Of a stretch of 64,000 nucleotides of DNA, positions 42,731 through 50,918 are shown one piece after another. The notes beneath the pieces are model-generated. The model saw only the letters and a list, made by a program, of their open reading frames with translations, did not search any database and was not told the DNA's origin. Both the position numbers and the translations under genes were made by a program. The DNA comes from Cyanophora paradoxa CCMP329 (Eukaryota; Plantae; Glaucophyta), in NCBI GenBank assembly GCA_004431415.1, contig QPMI01000038.1, positions 1 through 64,000 on the forward strand, written 5' to 3'. The number at the start of each line of letters is the position of its first letter. Positions within the stretch are counted from its first letter, which is position 1.

Positions 42731-43132
42731 CTAACTCGGAAATCGCAATACTCTATGTTTCTCCGATTTCTCCAACCCTGAAAACACACCTGTTATTCTC
42801 TCATCTATCTCATGAGATACTCTCGTGGTTTTTCTTTCTGCTTCTAATCCACAACTGAATATATCAATCGCCAACATACCTTCATTTGAGTAACAATGAG
42901 CAGTGCAATGGCTCTCATCCAGCAGAAGAACCATTGCAAAACCAGGAGGAGAAATACCACCATCGAAAATCTCGCAATGCTTGTGAACTACTCGAATACC
43001 TTGCTCTTGAATAATAGTTTGCAAGAACTGCATTAACCAACTGGTTGTTGTCTCCAATTCCTCCATTCCTACTGCTAATTGGGTTCTGAATTTGTAATCC
43101 AGCATCACATGGAAGCCTCGATGAGTATTCAT
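42731..43132 (-). CDS. speD: S-adenosylmethionine decarboxylase proenzyme (SpeD family)
   Basis: GFHVMLD..PPGFAMVLLLDESHCTAHCYSNEGMLAIDIFSCG. Confidence 0.9.
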   Translation of the reverse strand: MNTHRGFHVMLDYKFRTQLAVGMEELETTTSWLMQFLQTIIQEQGIRVVHKHCEIFDGGISPPGFAMVLLLDESHCTAHCYSNEGMLAIDIFSCGLEAERKTTRVSHEIDERITGVFSGLEKSEKHRVLRFPS

Positions 43133-43172
43133 TTATGAATAATTTAGAAAAATTAAAAACGCGATTGGTAGA

Positions 43173-43322
43173 ATGCGAACCATCTTAGCAAGAGTGCTAC
43201 CTTATGAGTTGGTGGATATCATCCTGCTGCATTACCATAAGACCTGTCCAAACTGTTTTGATACATGCATAATCACGAAGGGAAAATGGGGAAAGATCCT
43301 CATTTCTCTCTCAAAGATCTAA
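43173..43322 (+). CDS. 49-aa micro-ORF with an F-box-like start and CxxC
   Basis: Translated by hand: MRTILARVLPYELVDIILLHYHKTCPNCFDTCIITKGKWGKILISLSKI. It fills the gap between speD and the Zn gene and is absent from copy B. Confidence 0.45.
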   Translation: MRTILARVLPYELVDIILLHYHKTCPNCFDTCIITKGKWGKILISLSKI

Positions 43323-43591
43323 TCAAAGTACAGTACCACTGGTTTATCATCTATCACAATTCCTGATGTCGTCTTTTTTCTATATGCATGAGAGGATTTC
43401 TTGTTGCATTCTCTGCATCCACTTCCCCTTACATGATTAAATGGGTATGTTTGGAGGATCTTGTTGCATTTAAGGCATCTAACAGAGACCTTCTCTTGCG
43501 CTTTCTTATAGACTGTCTCACTATAATCGAATTTAGAATCACCATGAACCATCATTGCAGATTCTATGAATTTCTTTGTTTTATCATCCAT
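43319..43591 (-). CDS. DUF723/CapR-like Zn-binding protein
   Basis: Ortholog of 33425..33697. Confidence 0.7.
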   Translation of the reverse strand: MDDKTKKFIESAMMVHGDSKFDYSETVYKKAQEKVSVRCLKCNKILQTYPFNHVRGSGCRECNKKSSHAYRKKTTSGIVIDDKPVVLYFD

Positions 43592-43618
43592 CCCTCTCTC
43601 TATATATACCTGAGATTT

Positions 43619-44449
43619 CTATGGAGCAGTATCCTGCCCGAAAATGGGGAAGTAGCGATTTGTGCCGTAATATTCTGCATATGTATTCTGTTTTGCAATA
43701 GCATCGGTTCTCTCAGCATAGAGAATGCATTTGTAGATACCAAACCTGGTGGCTCTCACCAAGAACTGGTAATCTTCAAGACCGAAATTCACTCCATGAT
43801 AAGCAATTCCGAAATTGTCATATGGGGTGATCACAACTGCAATATTTGGGGTTCCACCTTCCACTTGACAGACAGCATAAACATCTGGTGGAATATCCAC
43901 GACCACCTTGTAGTGGTCACCAATCTCAACAAGAGAATCAACTACTGATGTCTGTTCATTCACAACAATTGGGAAGATCTTGATAATATATGGTGCATTC
44001 ATACTGGGGACATAGGTGCGAATTCTGGTGTTGGGATCAATGGGATTGGGTTGATCATTTACGAAAAGAGGCGCACCAACAGCTCCACCAACCCGAAGAC
44101 CATCACCAATATATGCTCCCCCCGTTTTGCAGTTAATAGCTCCCGACCGAGATTCAAAAGAGTAAGTAGAAAGAGGATCACCATAACTGTCTGGGTCTCC
44201 ATAATGGGCAGAAAAGTTTGCATTGGTGACAAGGAGTTTCGTTGTCTTAACTATACCATTATTTTTATCACATCTGAGTTCCTGCAATCTCAGTTTGTGG
44301 GTGGAACCAAATGTATTCATTGTGGGTTGCACTTCTGTGGATTGGAGACCTTCTACATCATCAAAGGTAGCATGCTGCAAAACGTGATTTGCAGGTGCTG
44401 CTAATGAGAGTTGGGGTGTAATAATTCGTTCTGGTATTGGGGCAGCCAT
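43619..44449 (-). CDS. Putative virion protein, shared N-terminal module family
   Basis: Ortholog of 33720..34553. Confidence 0.75.
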   Translation of the reverse strand: MAAPIPERIITPQLSLAAPANHVLQHATFDDVEGLQSTEVQPTMNTFGSTHKLRLQELRCDKNNGIVKTTKLLVTNANFSAHYGDPDSYGDPLSTYSFESRSGAINCKTGGAYIGDGLRVGGAVGAPLFVNDQPNPIDPNTRIRTYVPSMNAPYIIKIFPIVVNEQTSVVDSLVEIGDHYKVVVDIPPDVYAVCQVEGGTPNIAVVITPYDNFGIAYHGVNFGLEDYQFLVRATRFGIYKCILYAERTDAIAKQNTYAEYYGTNRYFPIFGQDTAP

Positions 44450-44472
44450 TTTACATTAAAGTGATATATAAT

Positions 44473-45327
44473 TTATGGGGTTGGGTCATCAATCACATCT
44501 GGTTCCTGGTAAAACCCTGTTGTGAAGATATCTGCAACGTTTACCCCTCGAAGTGCCGAAACAGCTGCTATATCTGTCCTCAGTCCCATAATCATAGTAT
44601 TGTAAACTCCAACCTCAGTTACAAACAAATCATAGGTAAATGTCAAATTGTTATAAACACAATATCCTCGACCGAAATGGTTTGATGCTTGAACAAAGAA
44701 TAGGTAATTATGACCTGTTTGATTGTTGTTTGCTCTGCACATAGATAGCATTGCTGTGGGAAGCGGAATATTTCTTCTTACTCGATCAGTTCCTGTTATA
44801 ATAACCAATTCCGAATTTTCAAGAGTGACAGAGGAAGCAACATAGAAATGTAGAAAAGGTTGCTGTGCAACTGGTGTATAGAAACGTATTCGTTGGGGAT
44901 TCTCTACATTTTGTTCAAGAGTATCTGGGACATCATTATACGAAACTGATGAAGAGAGTTGTCCTGAAACACGACAACCACCACCAATAAATGCTCCTCC
45001 TGATCTCACAGTAACAGCAGCAGAATTCTTATCGAAATCAAGGGCTTTCAGATCAACACTGTAAGCATCAGGACCTCCATTAGTAGGTTGGAAGAAATTC
45101 GCATTTGAGACAAGGAGCCGAGTTGTTTTAACCACACCAGAATTCTTGTCTGCTCTCAGTTCTTTAACTCGAATAATCGAATTCTTATCAAAGGAGTTAC
45201 CATTGGAATTGGGTCTCTCTGTGGATTCTAAACCACGAACTTCATCATTCACTTCATGCTGGCGAAAGTGCATTGCTGGGGATCCAAGGGAATATATGGG
45301 AAGTTGAACTCGATTATATTCACCCAT
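44473..45327 (-). CDS. Putative virion protein, shared N-terminal module family
   Basis: Ortholog of 34577..35431. Confidence 0.75.
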   Translation of the reverse strand: MGEYNRVQLPIYSLGSPAMHFRQHEVNDEVRGLESTERPNSNGNSFDKNSIIRVKELRADKNSGVVKTTRLLVSNANFFQPTNGGPDAYSVDLKALDFDKNSAAVTVRSGGAFIGGGCRVSGQLSSSVSYNDVPDTLEQNVENPQRIRFYTPVAQQPFLHFYVASSVTLENSELVIITGTDRVRRNIPLPTAMLSMCRANNNQTGHNYLFFVQASNHFGRGYCVYNNLTFTYDLFVTEVGVYNTMIMGLRTDIAAVSALRGVNVADIFTTGFYQEPDVIDDPTP

Positions 45328-45365
45328 TGCTTCTTTTACTAAGAAGGAAAGAAAAATAATGTTCA

Positions 45366-45629
45366 CTACTCTTCTGTGACATTGTTATACTCAATAGCGC
45401 GTTTTACAGTTCCCCTTTGGAATGCCTGTAATACAATGGCTTCCTTTGAGGTTGGTATCTGAACTGCACCTGAGATGCAAGATTGAATCTCTTTCTGAAC
45501 AATCTCATCAATTGCAATTCTTGCTCTGTTGTGGGCAGCATTATCAATCCAATCCTGAACAGAAGCAGAGCAATATTCCATTCCCAAATTTTCAGTATCT
45601 GAGAGAATGACTTGGTAGATATTCGACAT
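45366..45629 (-). CDS. Small protein paired with C1q fibres
   Basis: Homolog of 12965..13225. Confidence 0.7.
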   Translation of the reverse strand: MSNIYQVILSDTENLGMEYCSASVQDWIDNAAHNRARIAIDEIVQKEIQSCISGAVQIPTSKEAIVLQAFQRGTVKRAIEYNNVTEE

Positions 45630-45651
45630 TCCTTAATCTACTACAAGAAAA

Positions 45652-46671
45652 TTAAACGATGCTAATCAATTCACCCGAAAGACCTGTTATACTTGAATAT
45701 GAACCAGAGGAGCTTGTGACCAGTGTCACATACTCATTTTGAGCAAGATTTAGAATGCAAGAGAAACACAATGCTTTATTGGTGTGTGTGCTGCTGTGGA
45801 TTTGGGAAATGCTTAAACCCCCAGGATCTGCATCATTCACTTTTATAAATAATTCGATAGTAGCTGATGTGGTCGAAAAAGAGAACACTGAAAATCGATA
45901 GTGTCCTGCAACAGGTGCTGTAAATCTTCCTGTTGATGTGCTAAATGCATTGGTATTGTTAACCCGAACTGTTGCCCAGTTTATCAGAGCAGCAGCAGAA
46001 GTAGCAGTGTGAGCATATCCAAGTTGAACTGAAAATCGTGGATGTGACGTTTTAAGATAGCATCCTTCATTTACTGTCAAACTATTGGCTTCAAGAGTAG
46101 CAACAGTGTTACTATTTCGTTTTAACAAAAAATTGACATCGGCTCCTGTATCAATTTCAGGAGAGACAACCTTAGTAGATGCTGTGATTATTGATTGTGT
46201 GTAGTTAGGAATACTTATACCAGCATTTGCTGTAACCAAACCTGTAAATGTGCTTGTTCCTGTAATGTTTACTTGATTTGCTGTAAGGGTTCCATCAATC
46301 ATTGCCCCATCTCCAATATAAGCGCCTCCACTTTTTACTACAAGAGCTGAGTTATTGATGGTGTTGTCAAAAGTAACAATCTTTGGTGTGGTGAACCCTC
46401 CCACATCATCATAAATTGCTGAATCTGATACAATCTGACCTGATTGAACTTGGTTCTTGTTTGAAACTATTAAACCTGTGGTTCTCACCCTCCCTCCATT
46501 TCGATCACATCGAATTTCTTTGCATCTGATCACAGAATGTTGAGAGAATGAATCGGCTCCTATGGTCTCTGTGCAAATGAAACCTGGGGTAGCATCTGTT
46601 ACTGTATGGTTGAGTTGATGCAATTTCGGCGCTGCATAACAGAAAACAGGGACAGCTATTTGAGTGGTCAT
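45652..46671 (-). CDS. C1q-domain fibre protein with shared N-terminal module
   Basis: HPRFSV..INW..V.VN...FSTSTGRFTAPVAGHYRFS..LNLAQNEYV..SGELI. Confidence 0.85.
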   Translation of the reverse strand: MTTQIAVPVFCYAAPKLHQLNHTVTDATPGFICTETIGADSFSQHSVIRCKEIRCDRNGGRVRTTGLIVSNKNQVQSGQIVSDSAIYDDVGGFTTPKIVTFDNTINNSALVVKSGGAYIGDGAMIDGTLTANQVNITGTSTFTGLVTANAGISIPNYTQSIITASTKVVSPEIDTGADVNFLLKRNSNTVATLEANSLTVNEGCYLKTSHPRFSVQLGYAHTATSAAALINWATVRVNNTNAFSTSTGRFTAPVAGHYRFSVFSFSTTSATIELFIKVNDADPGGLSISQIHSSTHTNKALCFSCILNLAQNEYVTLVTSSSGSYSSITGLSGELISIV

Positions 46672-46693
46672 ACTTTACATTATGTGGATAATA

Positions 46694-47764
46694 TTATGAT
46701 GAATGGACAAGGATACATCCAAAAAAGTATCTGATATTGTAGTTTACACCAGCATCTCCGGAATTGACCAGCCTGATCGAATCATTAGCTACAAGGTTCA
46801 CAATAATATCAAAACCAACAGTTGCATTTCCTGTTGCATTTTGAGAGTTAGAGTTAATTCCGAATGTTGTCCCATTTTTAAGCAAAGAGGTCAAATAAGT
46901 ATTGCTCTTAGCAGAATTGTAACCAGACGCATGGAAAAATACGAGGTAGTTTCCAGAAACAGGTGCAGTAAAACTTCCTGTTGCAGGATCGAAATTATTT
47001 CCATGGTTGACTATGACTCCTGTTGATGAGAACAAAGTTGTTCCACTTGCAGCGAAGTTTGTATCTTTTGAAGTATTGGGCGCTTGTTTTGTTGCAAAGA
47101 AACGAGGATGACTACTTAATTTGAGATACTTGTCTGTCGGAAGTGTAAGGAGCTGAACAGTTGTATTATCTGTTTGAGTTGTCTTTCCAAGAGAAAATAC
47201 TGTATTTCCATTTCGTTTGTAGTTCACATTTGCGTCTGTCCCATTATCTGTCTCAGGTGTGTTTATTCTTGTAGTAGCTGTGATAGTTTGATACTGAAAG
47301 TTGCCTGAGAGACCACCATTAAAGTTCATCAATCCTGTGAATACACTTGTCCCACTCACATTTAATTGGTTTGCTGTAACAGTTCCTGCTACATTTGCTC
47401 CATCTCCAATGTAGGCACCACCACTCTTCACCACAAGAGCGGAATTATTACTTGTGTTACCAAAAGTAAATATCTGAGCTGTGGTAAATCCACCTACATT
47501 ATCATATATTGCTGAATCTGGGACTACTTGACCTGCTTGAACTTGGTTTTTATTCGAGATTATAATGCCTGTGGTTCTAATCTTACCATTATTGCGATCA
47601 CATCGAATTTCTTTGAATCTGAGTATAGTATTCTCTGTGAAAGAGGTATTGCTTGTGGTTTCAGTGCAAATATACCCAGGGGTTGAATCAACTACTCCAT
47701 GAGAGGTGCTGTGTAGTGATTTGGCTGCAAGTTCATAGTTTGGGATTTCTAATAGAGAGGTCAT
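46694..47764 (-). CDS. C1q-domain fibre protein with shared N-terminal module
   Basis: HPRFFA..VNHGNNFDPATGSFTAPVSGNYLVFF..LLKNG..VNLVANDSI..FFGCILV. Confidence 0.85.
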   Translation of the reverse strand: MTSLLEIPNYELAAKSLHSTSHGVVDSTPGYICTETTSNTSFTENTILRFKEIRCDRNNGKIRTTGIIISNKNQVQAGQVVPDSAIYDNVGGFTTAQIFTFGNTSNNSALVVKSGGAYIGDGANVAGTVTANQLNVSGTSVFTGLMNFNGGLSGNFQYQTITATTRINTPETDNGTDANVNYKRNGNTVFSLGKTTQTDNTTVQLLTLPTDKYLKLSSHPRFFATKQAPNTSKDTNFAASGTTLFSSTGVIVNHGNNFDPATGSFTAPVSGNYLVFFHASGYNSAKSNTYLTSLLKNGTTFGINSNSQNATGNATVGFDIIVNLVANDSIRLVNSGDAGVNYNIRYFFGCILVHSS

Positions 47765-47789
47765 CTTTGTAATAGTGTGAGAATCTTTA

Positions 47790-50700
47790 TTATGCTGATG
47801 CTATCCCATGGATTGCAATTTGAAGCCACTGTGGTTGAATGGTTACCCATCCTGCTGCCCAAATAACAAGATTGATTGTGGTAGAGGTTGTTGAGTTGCT
47901 TGATATTCCTATTTTATAATCGATTTCCACATTTGTTGCAGGTAGTCCCTGCAATGTTACAACAACAGATGGAGCAGATGCAAAGGCAGGACTCCAATTT
48001 AATGTAATGCTATGGTTTTGCCTTGCTGAACTGCCCCCAATTTGAGGATTCGCAATTGTCATTTCATGTCTCCCTTTTCTAATCAGGTTATCAAGCATGT
48101 ATTGAGGAGCCAGCTTAGTAACCTTTGAATTGTCCCGAGGATCCATGACCCACATTTCTCTTGCATATGCATTTCCACGAACAAGTAGGGTTTTATCCTG
48201 ATAGTAAGATATAGAGTTAGTAGAAAGGGTTGAATTGTGGAAATTCCAAATAACAGGAGGATCAGGCATAATATATGGGTCATAATCGAGAAAGTAACCT
48301 GATCCAATGAGAAGGTTTGCATTTGCAGTGATATTATTTGCTGTAAAGGGATCGAGGGTGGGTTTATTGGTCAGGTCATTGTAGTTGCCCGAAAATAAAG
48401 CGGGTTTGTTATAGATATCTGTATTCCAATCATGAGTATGTGCAAAATCTGTAATATCTGCTTTGACATGAGTGTGAGCAAAATCTGTAATCTCACTCTT
48501 GACATGAGTGTGTGCAAAATCTGTAATCTCACTCTTGACATGAGTGTGTGCAAAATCTGTAATCTGTGACTTTGTGTGAGTGTGTGCGAAATCTGTGATT
48601 TCAGATTTAAAATGAGTGTGAGCGAAATTCGTAATATCTGCTCTTGTGTGGGTGTGTGCAAAATCTGTTATCTGGGATTTTGTGTGAGTGTGTGCGAAAT
48701 CTGTGATCTCTGCTCTTGTGTGGGTATGTGCTCGATTATTCAGATCAAGGAAGCTACCTGAATATGCAACAGGGTGTAGATTAGATGGGGTGGGTTTATT
48801 AATGAGATCATTATAATCTCCTGTGAAAGATATGATTTTCAGTTCACCCCTTCCAACATAATCGGAAGGGAGGTCAATCTTAATGGGCATGATAGCTGGA
48901 TCATCAGGTATCTCATACTCACCTCCTGGATGTACAACTGGGAATGTTTGATTGCTTTCAGTATGAACAAAGAAGTTGCATGCTGTTACTGTTCCATCAA
49001 TTACCCCACCTGTGAGAGGGAGGTAATCTCCTGTCACACCAATGTTTATACCTGCAATGATTGTATTAAGTTCTGTTTCATCTATGTAGTTTTGGGCTTG
49101 CAGGTAATCCTCTGTAACCACTCTTGAAATGGTCTCATTGTGAATATTCTTTGCAGCCATCCTCTGATTGGCTTCCAGAACCCCACCATAATTTGTTTTG
49201 ATCCATGCAAGCTCTGCCCTCCCATAGTTATCATTTGCAGTTCCCACTATGGGAATATAGGAGTATTTATCTCGACTGAAAACTATCATTGGTCTTGATC
49301 CATCCAGACTGCTCACATCTGCAACATGAACCTGTATAGCTGCATTGTAATTTTGGTAGGTTGCTGGGTCTGTTGGAACTCTAAAAGTATCTGTGGGTAT
49401 GTCAACCTCCATGTAGCTTGACACAAAGATATTTGGTATGGTTGCTCCTGGTTCTGGTGGTGGATTATAAGAGCCTGGTAATGTTCTAATATGCAATGGT
49501 CCTATCATAGCTGAATTTGCAAGTGTCCCTTCCACATGAACATAGTGGTGATTCAAAAAGATCCTTTCAGGGACATTGCAAGTCTGGTAAAGAGAAACTC
49601 CCAGAGTAGCAAGAGGCTCTACTTTTGCGAATTCTGGTTGGTCATTGATCTCATCCCAGGTGTGTTCATGTTTGCTTGGTGGAAACTCAGTTGGTATTCC
49701 ATCAATGTCACCCCAATCATGCCTGTGATCCTCTGGTGGGAATTTCGCTGGTTTCCCTAAGATCTCATCCCAGTCATGGTTGTGATCCTCTGGTGGAAAT
49801 CTGGCTGGTTTGTTATTGATCTGCTCCCAATCTGGAAAGAACTCCCAAATCTCTGGGCGAAATCCATCTGGTAATAATTCTTCATGGGGTTCATAAGGTT
49901 GCTCATAGTCAACCACTGGTGGTTCGTGACCATCTGCTAAGTATTCCTCATGGGGTTCATAATTCTGCTCATATTCATACTCTTGTGGATCTAAACCATC
50001 TGGTAAATACTCTTCCTCATTGGGATCATATTGATCATATTCATACTCTTGTGGGTCGAAACCATCAGGTAGGTATTCCTCCTCATCTGGAACGAATTGG
50101 TATTCGTCAAGCTCCAAAATATCAATTTCAGGAGGTAAATATTGCTCATCAATTTGCTTTCTTGGTTCAATTATCGGTTTATTTCGAACCTGCTCCCAAC
50201 TCACAATGTGTTGCCCAAAAGGAACTGTCTCATCTGCTGTGTACTCTCTTCCTGGTTGCTTTTTCGGTGTTAAATCTGGTGGATCCCAAGGAAGAGGGAA
50301 GGGAACTGGGACAGGTCCATAATATTCAAAGATCTCTCTGATGGTCTTCTCACTTACAAGTTTCTCACCATTTGCATAGACATTGCTTCCATGGATATTT
50401 CGCCATTGCCTGGTTCTGATACCAAGATCTTTGGTGTTGGTTACCAGAGGTAAAAGGTGCCTGTCCATTTCGACAAGGTCTGGGTGTAAATGAATTGTTA
50501 CTGGTTGAGTGGGGCTACTGTTGACAGTGACAGACGCCTTATTCTTTGCTGTATCACCAGGTAGTTGGAAACCGAATTGTGCATTAGAAGCCGAATTCGC
50601 CACAATATCTCTTGGATAAACATTGTTAGTGAACTCGATTTTGTTGGTTTCTCCATGGGGGGCTATCTGTAATATTTCGGGAATTTGTGCAATTGCATTT

Positions 50701-50834
50701 GATCCTTCATTATAGATTCTTAAACCACTCTGATGCCCACCCTTCTCATTTTGAACATTGAATATTAACCTACCACTATCGAATCGAGTTGGAATATCTG
50801 GGTGGGTTCCACTGGTTTTCAGTTTGAAACTCAT
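47790..50834 (-). CDS. Tail-fibre-like protein (acidic repeats, HxH repeats, H-lectin/gp53-like C-terminus)
   Basis: The N-terminus resembles 4617..8339 (FD.GRL.F.VQ.E.G). It has EEYLPDG.DPQEYEY repeats, eight HTHxxxxITxFA units and a C-terminal WSPAFASAPSVVVT. Confidence 0.8.
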   Translation of the reverse strand: MSFKLKTSGTHPDIPTRFDSGRLIFNVQNEKGGHQSGLRIYNEGSNAIAQIPEILQIAPHGETNKIEFTNNVYPRDIVANSASNAQFGFQLPGDTAKNKASVTVNSSPTQPVTIHLHPDLVEMDRHLLPLVTNTKDLGIRTRQWRNIHGSNVYANGEKLVSEKTIREIFEYYGPVPVPFPLPWDPPDLTPKKQPGREYTADETVPFGQHIVSWEQVRNKPIIEPRKQIDEQYLPPEIDILELDEYQFVPDEEEYLPDGFDPQEYEYDQYDPNEEEYLPDGLDPQEYEYEQNYEPHEEYLADGHEPPVVDYEQPYEPHEELLPDGFRPEIWEFFPDWEQINNKPARFPPEDHNHDWDEILGKPAKFPPEDHRHDWGDIDGIPTEFPPSKHEHTWDEINDQPEFAKVEPLATLGVSLYQTCNVPERIFLNHHYVHVEGTLANSAMIGPLHIRTLPGSYNPPPEPGATIPNIFVSSYMEVDIPTDTFRVPTDPATYQNYNAAIQVHVADVSSLDGSRPMIVFSRDKYSYIPIVGTANDNYGRAELAWIKTNYGGVLEANQRMAAKNIHNETISRVVTEDYLQAQNYIDETELNTIIAGINIGVTGDYLPLTGGVIDGTVTACNFFVHTESNQTFPVVHPGGEYEIPDDPAIMPIKIDLPSDYVGRGELKIISFTGDYNDLINKPTPSNLHPVAYSGSFLDLNNRAHTHTRAEITDFAHTHTKSQITDFAHTHTRADITNFAHTHFKSEITDFAHTHTKSQITDFAHTHVKSEITDFAHTHVKSEITDFAHTHVKADITDFAHTHDWNTDIYNKPALFSGNYNDLTNKPTLDPFTANNITANANLLIGSGYFLDYDPYIMPDPPVIWNFHNSTLSTNSISYYQDKTLLVRGNAYAREMWVMDPRDNSKVTKLAPQYMLDNLIRKGRHEMTIANPQIGGSSARQNHSITLNWSPAFASAPSVVVTLQGLPATNVEIDYKIGISSNSTTSTTINLVIWAAGWVTIQPQWLQIAIHGIASA

Positions 50835-50918
50835 CCCTGTTGTAGGTTTGCTGGATAATTGAAACTCATCCCTGTTTACTCTACTTATAGAGATTTATTA
50901 AATTTGAGTTAAGTAAAG

